From contig CAVOMZ010000009.1 of NCBI GenBank assembly GCA_963697135.1, forward strand, positions 14,301 through 78,300: 64,000 nucleotides of DNA, written 5' to 3'. Shown here piece by piece: positions 10,774 to 18,761 of the stretch; position 1 is the stretch's first letter, and each line of letters opens with the position of its first letter. The notes under the pieces were generated by a model that saw only the letters and a program-made list of their open reading frames with translations, ran no database searches and had not been told where the DNA came from. This DNA is from an uncultured Chloroflexia bacterium (GTDB taxonomy: Bacteria; Chloroflexota; Limnocylindria; Limnocylindrales; CSP1-4). The position numbers were made by a program, and so were the translations under genes.

Positions 10774-11874
10774 GCCGGGACCCCGCCCGACGGACCGGCA
10801 CTCGCCGCAGGCCCGGCGGATGGCCCGCGGAGGGCTCGGCGAATGAGCCCGCGGAGGGCCCGGCGGCCCTCAGCCGGGCCAGCAGCGCGACCGGGCCGCC
10901 GCCGTCGATCGTGGCCGCGGCCAGCCTGACCCCGTCGGCCAGGCTCGTCACCCGGCCGGCCGCGACGAATGCCGCGGCGGCATTGAGCAGCACGACATCG
11001 CGCCGCGGTCCCGGCGCTCCGGCCAGGACGGCCTCGAGCAGGCCGGCGTTCTCGGCCGGGGTGCCCCCGGCCAGGGCACTGCGTCGGCGCGTCGGCCAGG
11101 CCGAGGCTTCGGATCCGGTCCAGTCCGACCTCGGACACCTCGATCGCCGTCGGGCTCACGTCGTGGATCACGCCCGTGCCGTCGAGGGGCAGCTCGTCGA
11201 CCCCGGCCCCATGGACGACCAGGGCCCGCTCCTGGCCAAGCATCTCGAGCACCTCGGCAATCCGGTCCGCGGCGACCGGATCGGCCACGCCGACGATCAG
11301 CCGGGCGACTCCGGCCGGGTTCGTCAGGGGGCCGATGAGGTTGAACGCCGTCCGAACGCCGATCTCCCGCCGGGTCGGCCCGGCGAACCTCATCGCGGGA
11401 TGGAAGCCCGGCGCAAACAGGAAGGCAAAGCCATCGCTCCGGAGGGCCGCGGCCGCCGACTCGGCGTCATGGTCGGTCCGGATCCCCAGGGCGTCGAGGA
11501 CGTCGGCCGACCCGGAGCGGGAGGTCATCGCCCGGTTGCCGTGCTTGGCGACGGGCACCCCGGCCGCGGCCACGACGAGGGCCGCCGTCGTCGAGATGTT
11601 GAAGGTGCCGCTCCGATCGCCGCCGGTCCCGACCACGTCGATCGCGCCGGCCGGGGCGTCGACCTGGGTCACCCGCTCGCGCATCGCGACGGTGAAGCCG
11701 GCCAGCTCGGCCGTCGTCTCGCCGCGCATCCGGAGGGCGACGAGCAGGGCTGCCAGCTGCGACGGCGTGGCCTCGCCGTCCATGACCGCAGCCCATCGCC
11801 CCGCGCGCCTCGTCGAGCGACAGGCTCCCGCCGTCGACGACGCTGGCCAGGGCGGCCCGGACAAGGTCGCTCAT
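10770..11874 (-). CDS. trpD: anthranilate phosphoribosyltransferase; 1-2 frame changes
   Basis: ORF 10770..11864 contains VGTGGDRSGTFNISTTAALV and KHGNRAMTSRSGSADVLDALG. The N-terminus MSDLVRAALASVVDGG lies at ATG 11874, which overlaps the trpG stop (ATGA). Confidence 0.9.
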
Positions 11875-12596
11875 CGGGCGGCGCCCGATGGCCCTGGTCC
11901 CGCGGCCGGCCGGGTCTGGTCGACCGGCTCGGTTCCGGCGGGCTGGTCCATCCCGGCGGTGGCGAAGACGCCGCTCACCGCGTCGAGCCGGCTCGCCTCG
12001 CCCTCGCCGGCCAGGCGCAGGAAGTTCGCCAGCAGGCGAGGCCCTTCCGGGGTCAGGACCGACTCCGGATGGAACTGGACGCCCTCGAGGGGCAGGCTGA
12101 CGTGGCGCAGGCCCATCACGACCCGGTCCTCCTCGCAGACCGCCGTCACGACCAGCTCGGCCGGGATCGTGGCCGGGTCGACCGCCAGCGAGTGATAGCG
12201 GGCGGCCATGAACGAGGGCGACAGGCCGCGCAGCAGGCCGACGCCGTCGTGGCTCACCTCGGAGGCCTCGCCATGGACGAGGGTCGGGGCCCGGACGACG
12301 GCGCCGCCGTAGGCGACGGCCATCGACTGCATCCCGAGGCACACCCCCAGGAGGGGAATCGCGTGCTCGGCCGCGACGTGGACCGCGTCGACCGACACGC
12401 CGGCGTCCGAGGGATCGCCCGGGCCGGGCGAGATGACGATTCCGCGCAGGTCGCCCTGCGGATCGCGGGCGAGCTCCTCGAGGCCGGCCCGGTCGAGGGC
12501 ATCGTTGCGGACGACCCGGATCTCGGCCCCGGCCGCCTGGAGGGCCTGGACCAGGTTGAACGTGAACGAGTCGTAGTTGTCGATGACGAGGATCAT
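11871..12596 (-). CDS. trpG: anthranilate synthase component II (glutamine amidotransferase)
   Basis: MILVIDNYDSFTFNLVQ, LLGVCLGMQ and VQFHPES lie in ORF 11871..12815. The ATG at 12596 overlaps the trpE stop. Confidence 0.9.
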   Translation of the reverse strand: MILVIDNYDSFTFNLVQALQAAGAEIRVVRNDALDRAGLEELARDPQGDLRGIVISPGPGDPSDAGVSVDAVHVAAEHAIPLLGVCLGMQSMAVAYGGAVVRAPTLVHGEASEVSHDGVGLLRGLSPSFMAARYHSLAVDPATIPAELVVTAVCEEDRVVMGLRHVSLPLEGVQFHPESVLTPEGPRLLANFLRLAGEGEASRLDAVSGVFATAGMDQPAGTEPVDQTRPAAGPGPSGAAR

Positions 12597-14192
12597 CGAA
12601 CCGGCTCCGGTCCACCAGCTGGCGCAGGTCGATCGCCCGGCGGAGGGCGGCGGCCTTGTGCTCGGTCTCCTCGAACTCGCGCTCGGGGACCGAGCCGGCC
12701 ACGATCCCCGCCCCGGTGTGGACGTGGGCCGTGCCGTCGCGCAGGACGGCGCTCCGGATCGTGATCGCCGTGTCGAGGTTGCCGTCGTAGCCAAGGTAGC
12801 CGACGGCTCCGCCATACAGCCCGCGGCGCTCGTTCTCGGCCGCGGCGATCAGCTGCATCGCCCGGACCTTGGGCGCTCCCGAGAGGGTTCCGGCGGGGAA
12901 GACCGAGCGCAAGGCATCGAGCGCATCGAGCTCGGGTCGAAGGCGGGCCTCGACGTGGCTGACGAGGTGGAGGACGTGGCTGTAGCGCTCGACCTCCATG
13001 TACTTCGTGACCCGGACGGTGCCCGGCCGGGCGACCCGGCCGAGATCGTTCCGGCCGAGATCGACCAGCATCACGTGCTCGGCCTTCTCCTTGGGGTCGC
13101 GCTGGAGCTCCTCGCTGCGCAGCTCGTCCTCGGCCGCGGTTGCCCCGCGGGGACGGGTGCCCGCGATCGGGTGCGTCGTGAGGCGGTCCCCCTCGACCTG
13201 GAGCAGGAGCTCGGGACTGGCCCCGACGACCTCGAACGACGGCGTCCGGACGAAGAACAGGTAGGGGCTGGGGTTGACCCGGCGCAGGGCCCGGTACAGG
13301 CCGATCCCGTCGACCGGCCGGCCGTCCGCTGCGCGCCGGCAGGTCGAACGACTGGCGCCGGGCCAGGACGACCTGGATCGCCTCGCCCGCGGCGATCGCG
13401 TCCTTGGCGACCTCGACCGCGTGGATGTACTGGTCGCGGCCGAGGCTCGTGGCCGATTCCTGGGCGGCCGGCGCGAGCTGCCTCGACCGCCTCGCCGCGG
13501 ACGGCCCTGGCCGGCCCCGGCGGTCGAACGGGCAAGCTCGGCGGGAGACGGCCGGGAGGTCCGGTCGAGCGCCTCGAAGATCGCCCGCTCGGCGATCCGG
13601 TAGCGGGCGTCGAGGTCGGGCAGCTCGGTGTGGAGCGAGGCGATCGCGCTGATCGTGTGGGTCAGGTGATCGAAGACGATGACCAGGTCCGTCTCGATGT
13701 ACGACGGCACCGGGCACGCCGATCGGATCGGCCAGCGGCTGGGGCACGCTCGGCTCGAAGGCGCTGACCGTGTCATAGGCCAGGGCGCCGACCGCCCCGC
13801 CGGTGAACCGGGGCATGCCCTCGAGCGGGCGAACGCGCCGCCGGGGCAGGAATGCCCGGAGGGCGCTCAGCGGGTCCGCCGCATCGACGCGTCTCGATCG
13901 GCAGGTCCGTGTCGAAGCGGTCGACGCTCAGGGGCCGGGCCTGGATCGTGGCTCGCTCGCCACGAACCTCCAGGACCCGGCGCGGCCCGATCCCCAGGAA
14001 GCTGTATCGCCCGAGGCGCTCGCCGCCCTCGACCGATTCGAGGAGGTAGGCCGGTCCCCCATCGTCGAGCCGCAGGAACGCCCCGATCGGGGTCTCCAGG
14101 TCGGCGTCCCGGGTCGCCCGCAGGAGCACGGTGTCGGCGCTCGTGGCCAGGCGCTTGGCCTCGGCCAGGCCCAGCGGATCCGCGATGCTCAT
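12593..14192 (-). CDS. trpE: anthranilate synthase component I; at least 4 frame changes
   Basis: N-terminus MSIADPLGLAE...LLESVEGGERLGRYSF (ORF 13773..14192). FTGGAVGALAYD is in ORF 12593..13816. PAGTLSGAPKVRAMQLI and GLYGGAVGYLGYDGNLDTAITIR are in ORF 11871..12815/11467..13776. Confidence 0.9.
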
Positions 14193-14527
14193 CGGTGCGG
14201 CGAAGCCTCCATGGAATCAAGTACGACCTCTCGTCTCCAGGGACGAAAGGTCGATCCTTCCGCGGTACCACCCGCCTTCGGCAATCTGCCGCACTTTGAC
14301 CGACGGAGGACCGGGCACCCGGCCAGGCTCACTCGATCGGCGCTGCCCGCTATCGCTGGCGCCCTGCGCCGGAGCCTACTGGACAGGGCCGCTGCCCCGC
14401 CGTTCGGTCCGGAGGCTCCCGGGTCCATTCACCACCGCTGCCGTCCCGGTTTCCACCAGCCACCGGGTCTCTGGATCGACGCGCGCCGGGTACTCGTCCC
14501 GTTCATTGCCCGCTATTCGTGATGTGC
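14193..14527 (-). promoter_or_regulatory. T-box leader RNA with a UGG (Trp) specifier, upstream of trpE
   Basis: On the minus strand: AGAGA (rc of 14468-14472), GAA-UGG-A (rc of 14424-14430), T-box core GGGUGGUACCGCG (rc of 14260-14276), then a 12-bp hairpin and a GGAGG 13 nt before the ATG. Confidence 0.8.
14224..14253 (-). terminator. terminator/sequestrator hairpin of the T-box leader
   Basis: The RNA is CGACCUUUCGUC-CCUGGA-GACGAGAGGUCG, a 12 bp stem including one G-U pair. It is followed by UACUUGAUU, which is only weakly U-rich. Confidence 0.5.
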
Positions 14528-14533
14528 CGGGCG

Positions 14534-14563
14534 AGTCTAGAGGCGCGATCGAGACCTCGTCAA
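14534..14563 (-). promoter_or_regulatory. putative sigma-70-type promoter of the trp operon (TTGACG-18-TAGACT)
   Basis: On the minus strand the -35 TTGACG is the rc of 14558-14563, and after an 18-nt spacer the -10 TAGACT is the rc of 14534-14539. It lies just upstream of the first T-box elements. Confidence 0.45.
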
Positions 14564-15459
14564 CCGGGTTCATCCTGGGCGACCGTGGCCGGGCCCTGTT
14601 CGGGCGACGGAGGCGGATCGATCGAGCCGGCCGGCGCTGCGGCGACGGAGCGCGAGCGGCGCCGGGGCGGAGGCGGCTTGCGCACGGCCGGCCACCAGTC
14701 GCAGGCACACAGGCCCTTCGGGCAGCCGGCGTGGGGCAGGCGCGGGGTCCGGAGCTCGTCGGCGATCTTGAAGATCCGCTCGTTGTCGGCCCGGCAGGCG
14801 GCACAGCAGGAGGCTCCCACCAGCTCCGCCTCGCGAGCAATCGCCGACAGTCCCCGGAGGGTCGCCGTCGAGCGCCTCGCGATAGAGCGCGACGATCTCC
14901 TCGGCGGGCGGCGGGACGCTGCCGGCCTCCTCGTACAGCGCCGCGGCCTGGCGGTGCCGGATCCGGGTGACATCCTCCCAGCTCTTGTCGTGACGAGCCG
15001 CCCTGACCGCCCGATCCGCGGTGGACAGGTAGAGCGTCCGGGCCGACTGGACGGCCGCCTCGTTCAGGGGCGCCGCGGCCAGGCGGCTGCGTCGATCGGC
15101 CGGAGCGCCCACGAGCCGGGCCAGCTGGAGCCACGACCGCCGCTGCCGGGTCCAGGCCTCGACATCGGCATCCTTGCGGCGCTCGGCCTCGAAGACCTCG
15201 ACCGACGCTTCGGTCAGGTAGATCGTCCGGCCCTTCGGACCGCCGGACGACAATCCGGCGCCGGCACCGGGGACAGAGCCGGGTGCTGGTCGGAGGCGGG
15301 TCGAGCAGCACCCCGCAGTTCGGGCAGGCGACGCCGGGAGCCGGGGGTGGAGCGCGGCTCGAGCGCCCCGGGTAGCGGCTGTTCAGGCTCCGGGAAGGGC
15401 TGAGGCTGGCGATCGCGCTCGTCGCGATCGATGCCGAAGAGCTTGCGCAGGAACGAGAT
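14560..15459 (-). CDS. Cys-rich hypothetical protein, paralog 1 (N-terminal zinc ribbon plus C-terminal Cys6-His cluster); about 3 frame changes
   Basis: Pieces are CPNCGVLLDPPPTSTRLCPRCRRRIVV (ORF 14376..15725), GRTIYLTEASVEVFEAERR...DRAVRAARHDKSW (ORF 14570..15253) and ASCCAACRADNERIFKI...LPHAGCPKGLCACDWW (ORF 14560..14973). A GGAGG (rc of 15466-15470) sits 6 nt before the frame ISFLRKLFGIDRDER. Confidence 0.65.
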
Positions 15460-15513
15460 CGGGCACCTCCGACTGACCAGCCCGCCTGGCCGGTCAGGTC
15501 AGGGTACCCCGGC

Positions 15514-16262
15514 TCAGCCTCGGGCCGCGACGGGCTCCGCCGCCGGGGCAGCCACGCCTTCCGTCGGCGGGCGTCGCCGAAGGTAGCGCCGCATGGCGTT
15601 CCGATCGCGAGCTGCCAGGTCCCAGTGGCAACGGCAGAGGCCCCGCGGACAGCCCTCGTGGGGCAGGAGCGGCTGGCGCCGCTGGGAGCGTGATCCGGAA
15701 GATCCGGTGGTCGTCCGCCCGGCACGTCTCACAGCAGCCTGCCGCAAGCAGCTCGGCATCCCGGCTGATCTCGGCGATCCCGCTGCAGCTCGGCGCCGAC
15801 CCCTTCGCGATAGCGGGCCAGGATGTCGGCCGCAACCGGCCGGTGGGAACCGTCGGCGCGGTAGAGCACCCCGGCCTGGTCGCGCCGGATCCTGGCCGCT
15901 CGATCCCAGGCCTTGTCGCGCCGGGCGGCGCGGAAGGCGCGATCGGTCGCGGACATGTAGAGCGCCTTCGAGGCCGCGACGACCTCCTCGGTCAGGCGGG
16001 CAGCCGTCAGCTGGTGGAGGCGACCGGCCGGTGCCTCGGCCGCGGCGGCCAGGGCCAGCCAGCGGGCACGCTCGCGGGTCAGGCGGGCCGCGCTCGCCGT
16101 CCGCCGACGCTCGGCCTCGAAGACGGCGACGGCGGCCTCGGTCAGGTAGACCGGCCGACCATCGACCCGCTTGACGACGATCCGCTGGCGGCACTGCTCG
16201 CAGCGCCGGCTGGCGGTCGGGGCTGGCTCGAGAGCGATGGCGCAGTACGGGCAGTGGGCCAC
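15514..16262 (-). CDS. Cys-rich hypothetical protein, paralog 2; about 2 frame changes; may extend upstream
   Basis: HCPYCAIALEPAPTASRRCEQCRQRIVV...VYLTEAAVAVFEAERR...DRAFRAARRDKAW (ORF 15729..16262), AGCCETCRADDHRIFRI (ORF 15494..15835) and LLPHEGCPRGLCRCHW (ORF 15514..16194). It is colinear with paralog 1. Confidence 0.65.
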
Positions 16263-16923
16263 GGCCAGGACCAGTCCCGGACGCTTCGGAGCGGGGCGCC
16301 TGCGCCGGGCAGCTGGTCTGGATTTGCGAGCTGGTTTGGCCGTCGTGGATTTACCAGCTGGTTTGGCGGCCGTGGGCTTGCCGACCGGTTCGGCGGCCGA
16401 GGGTCGGCTGGCTGCCGGTTCGGTTGCGGGCTTGGCAACGGTCGTCCTGCCGGCCGCGGGTGCGGTCGGCGCCCCCGTGCTCCGCTCGGCTGCGGCGATG
16501 ACGGCGACCGACGGTTCAGTCGCCCTGGGTCGCCCGGCGTCGGTGGCCGCTACCGCCCGAGTGGGTTTGGCGGTCGCGGTGGGCTGGCGGGCTTGGCGGG
16601 CTTGGCAGTCGGGGTTGGCCGGGCGGGCTTGGCGGCCCTGGCGGGCTTGGCGACCTCGGCTTCACTCGCGGCGGACACCGGCGAGTCTGGGCTCACGTCG
16701 GCCGCGGTCTCCTGGAGATCGACCGGCTCGCCCTCGGCCAGGCGGCCCGGCTCGTCCGCTGCCGGATGCACTGGCGCGGGCCGGGCCGGCAGTCCGGTCG
16801 TCTCATGTGGCATCGGGGGCGGGGCCGGCAGCCTGCCAGCCGTCGTCGCCGAAGACGTCGCCCGGCTGAGCCATCACGCCGACCGGCTCGACCTCCGCCG
16901 CGGCGACAGGCTGGACCGCGGGA

Positions 16924-17238
16924 TCAATCGAGGTCCGAGGTTTGGTCGGTCCGAGCCTCGGCGACCGGGGTGCCTTCGCCGGTCGACGCCTGCAGATCTC
17001 CGTCGACCACGATCGGCGGTCGCGGGCGGTCAACCAGGTCCCGGGCTGCGACCTCGCCGCCGGATGGCGGACGGTCGTCCGCGCCCTCGGCGGGAGCCTC
17101 CGGGGCCGCCTGGGGCGGTTCCTCCGCCTCGTCGTTGAACAGGCCGGCCAACCGCTCGATCGTCCGGGACTGGGCGAGCTCCCACTCCGCATCGTCGACC
17201 TTCGGTTTCGAGTTCAGGAAGCCGCGCATCTTGGCCAT
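16924..17238 (-). CDS. hypothetical acidic/low-complexity protein, possibly the true N-terminus of paralog 2
   Basis: ORF 16924..17238 reads MAKMRGFLNSKPKVDDAEWELAQSRTIERLAGLF, followed by a Pro/Ala/Glu-rich sequence. There is no homology I can name. Confidence 0.35.
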   Translation of the reverse strand: MAKMRGFLNSKPKVDDAEWELAQSRTIERLAGLFNDEAEEPPQAAPEAPAEGADDRPPSGGEVAARDLVDRPRPPIVVDGDLQASTGEGTPVAEARTDQTSDLD

Positions 17239-18035
17239 GACGCTCTCTCAGTCCGAGCCCGGCCGGGCCCTGGCGCAGGCGGCCGGACCCAGGCGACCGC
17301 GGGCACTGCGCGGCCTGGTCCCGCAGAGTACTCCAGAGTGGCCGGGATTCGTCCAGACCTGGGCGAACCGCCCGGTGCCGCGGCGCACCGCCACGTCCCT
17401 AGAGGACGCCCCGGCCCCGGATCAAGCCCGGGCGCGAGCTCCGTGGCCGCCACGATGTGGCGTCGATTGACTACGGTGAATGCGTAACGCGAGATCACCC
17501 GGCGGTCGGCCAGGGACCGGGTGCGTACGTCGGTCATCGGAATCCACATCGGATCGCGCGATTCGATGAAGGCCGACAGGACCGCCTGCGGATTCAGGTG
17601 GATCGCGCCGGTCAGGGTGTGACCGGGGGTGACGACGATCAGGTAGAAGGCCTTCTTCTCCCGGAACTCGTTACTGCCGGTGGCCGGCTCGTCGACGTCG
17701 GACAGCTCGCCGATCAGGGTCACCTCTTCGGGGTTCACCCAGATCGCCGGCGAGGTGACCTTGGTCGGATCGCCGTTTCGCCGGAGGACGGTCACGTCAC
17801 GCAGCTGGATCAGGCCGTCGTTGTTGTTCATGAAGTCGGACAGCCGGTTGTGGAAGCCGATGTTGACCGTGCCGGACAGGCGCAGGTGCTGGCCGACGAG
17901 CTCGAGCGGGAGCCCCTCGCTCCGGGCGACCTGGGGCACCAGGGCAACGGCTCCGAATCCGAGCGCTTCGAGATGCGTCGCCGCATCTCCGTCGACAATG
18001 TCCTCGTCGCGTTCCGCGAATGGTTGCTCGGTCAT
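17214..18035 (-). CDS. hypothetical protein (273-aa ORF; the real 3' end may be earlier)
   Basis: This uninterrupted ORF has protein-like composition, e.g. LRLSGTVNIGFHNRLSDFMNNNDGLIQLRDVTVL...FYLIVVTPGHTLTGAIHLNP... A GGAG lies 8 nt upstream of the ATG. Confidence 0.7.
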   Translation of the reverse strand: MTEQPFAERDEDIVDGDAATHLEALGFGAVALVPQVARSEGLPLELVGQHLRLSGTVNIGFHNRLSDFMNNNDGLIQLRDVTVLRRNGDPTKVTSPAIWVNPEEVTLIGELSDVDEPATGSNEFREKKAFYLIVVTPGHTLTGAIHLNPQAVLSAFIESRDPMWIPMTDVRTRSLADRRVISRYAFTVVNRRHIVAATELAPGLDPGPGRPLGTWRCAAAPGGSPRSGRIPATLEYSAGPGRAVPAVAWVRPPAPGPGRARTERASWPRCAAS

Positions 18036-18122
18036 GGGTCAGGCTCCGTGGTCGAGATTTGCGACTTGGGCCCCGGCACACCGCCCAGCCGGCCCGACCC
18101 CGATCCTAGCCCGCCGGCGGGC

Positions 18123-18329
18123 TTAGCGCTGCGAGCCACCCGACCGGGGGTCCGAACCGGGCTCGTAGCCCGGGCAGGACCGGACCGGGAGGGCCGGGTA
18201 GCGCGGGAACCGGCGATCCAGGTCCGACCGCTGACAGCGCCAGAATGTCGAGCCGCGCAGATTGCCGGTTCGCCGGCTGTGCCGGCAGGCTGCGCACAGC
18301 CCTGGATCGGGAGCCGATTCCTGACTCAA
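18123..18329 (-). CDS. small Cys-rich hypothetical protein (68 aa)
   Basis: ORF 18123..18329 reads CAACRHSRRTGNLRGSTFWRCQRSDLDRRFPRYPALPVRSCPGYE, with a CxxC...C...C pattern, and ends in a TAA stop. Confidence 0.6.
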   Translation of the reverse strand: MSQESAPDPGLCAACRHSRRTGNLRGSTFWRCQRSDLDRRFPRYPALPVRSCPGYEPGSDPRSGGSQR

Positions 18330-18371
18330 ATCTGACGGGTCGGGTCCGACCCGGATACCCCATCGGTACTG

Positions 18372-18401
18372 TTGACCCTCCGTTCAGCGCTCGGGTAGCC
18401 T
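18372..18401 (+). promoter_or_regulatory. putative promoter of the flp gene (TTGACC-18-TAGCCT)
   Basis: TTGACC lies at 18372-18377 and TAGCCT at 18396-18401, about 50 nt upstream of the flp Shine-Dalgarno. Confidence 0.3.
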
Positions 18402-18452
18402 ACCGGCAGGACGAACTTTGTTTCGAAATCTGAACGAAAGGAGGTGATCGAC

Positions 18453-18659
18453 GTGAACCGACTCTATTCCTGGTACTCGAATCTCTCATCCGACACGATC
18501 ACGACTGCCATGCGCGGCCGGCGCCTTCTGACGGCTGGTCAGGGACTGGCTGAATACGCACTTATCCTCGCCCTTATCGCGATCGTTGCAATCATTGCCC
18601 TGATCTTTCTTGGTGGGCAGGTTTCCAAGATCCTCAGCAACGTCGGACACAGCGTCTGA
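18453..18659 (+). CDS. flp: Flp/Fap-family type IVb pilin (start could instead be ATG 18510)
   Basis: AGQGLAEYALILALIAIVAIIALIFLGG matches the Flp G/xxxxEY processing motif plus hydrophobic helix. AAAGGAGG lies at 18437-18444, 8 nt before GTG 18453. Confidence 0.8.
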   Translation: MNRLYSWYSNLSSDTITTAMRGRRLLTAGQGLAEYALILALIAIVAIIALIFLGGQVSKILSNVGHSV

Positions 18660-18680
18660 CTCGGTAGCTTCGCTCAAACA

Positions 18681-18710
18681 AACGGGCGCCGAATTCGGCG
18701 CCCGTTTTTT
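18681..18710. terminator. bidirectional rho-independent terminator between the convergent flp and surface-protein genes
   Basis: The sequence aACGGGCGCC-gaattc-GGCGCCCGTtttttt has a 9-bp GC stem with a T-run on + and tttgtttg on the other strand. Confidence 0.75.
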
Positions 18711-18761
18711 GATTCTCGATCGTGGCCGATCCGCGGGCTGGGCTGGCGCGACCCGGCTGGC

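Noticed and set aside
8225-10993. Very long ORFs overlapping or antisense to identified genes. Examples are 8225..10993 (922 aa), 8572..10437 (621 aa), 10656..12764 (702 aa), 11467..13776 (769 aa), 20358..22913 (851 aa), 4218..5567, 46124..47737, 57699..59534 and 58651..61053.
   Set aside because: Their translations are Arg/Pro/Gly/Ala-rich low-complexity strings with no motifs. They lie opposite or out of frame to clearly conserved genes. At about 70% GC, stop codons are rare in all six frames, so such ORFs are expected by chance. A few contain short true segments only because real genes hop into their frame.
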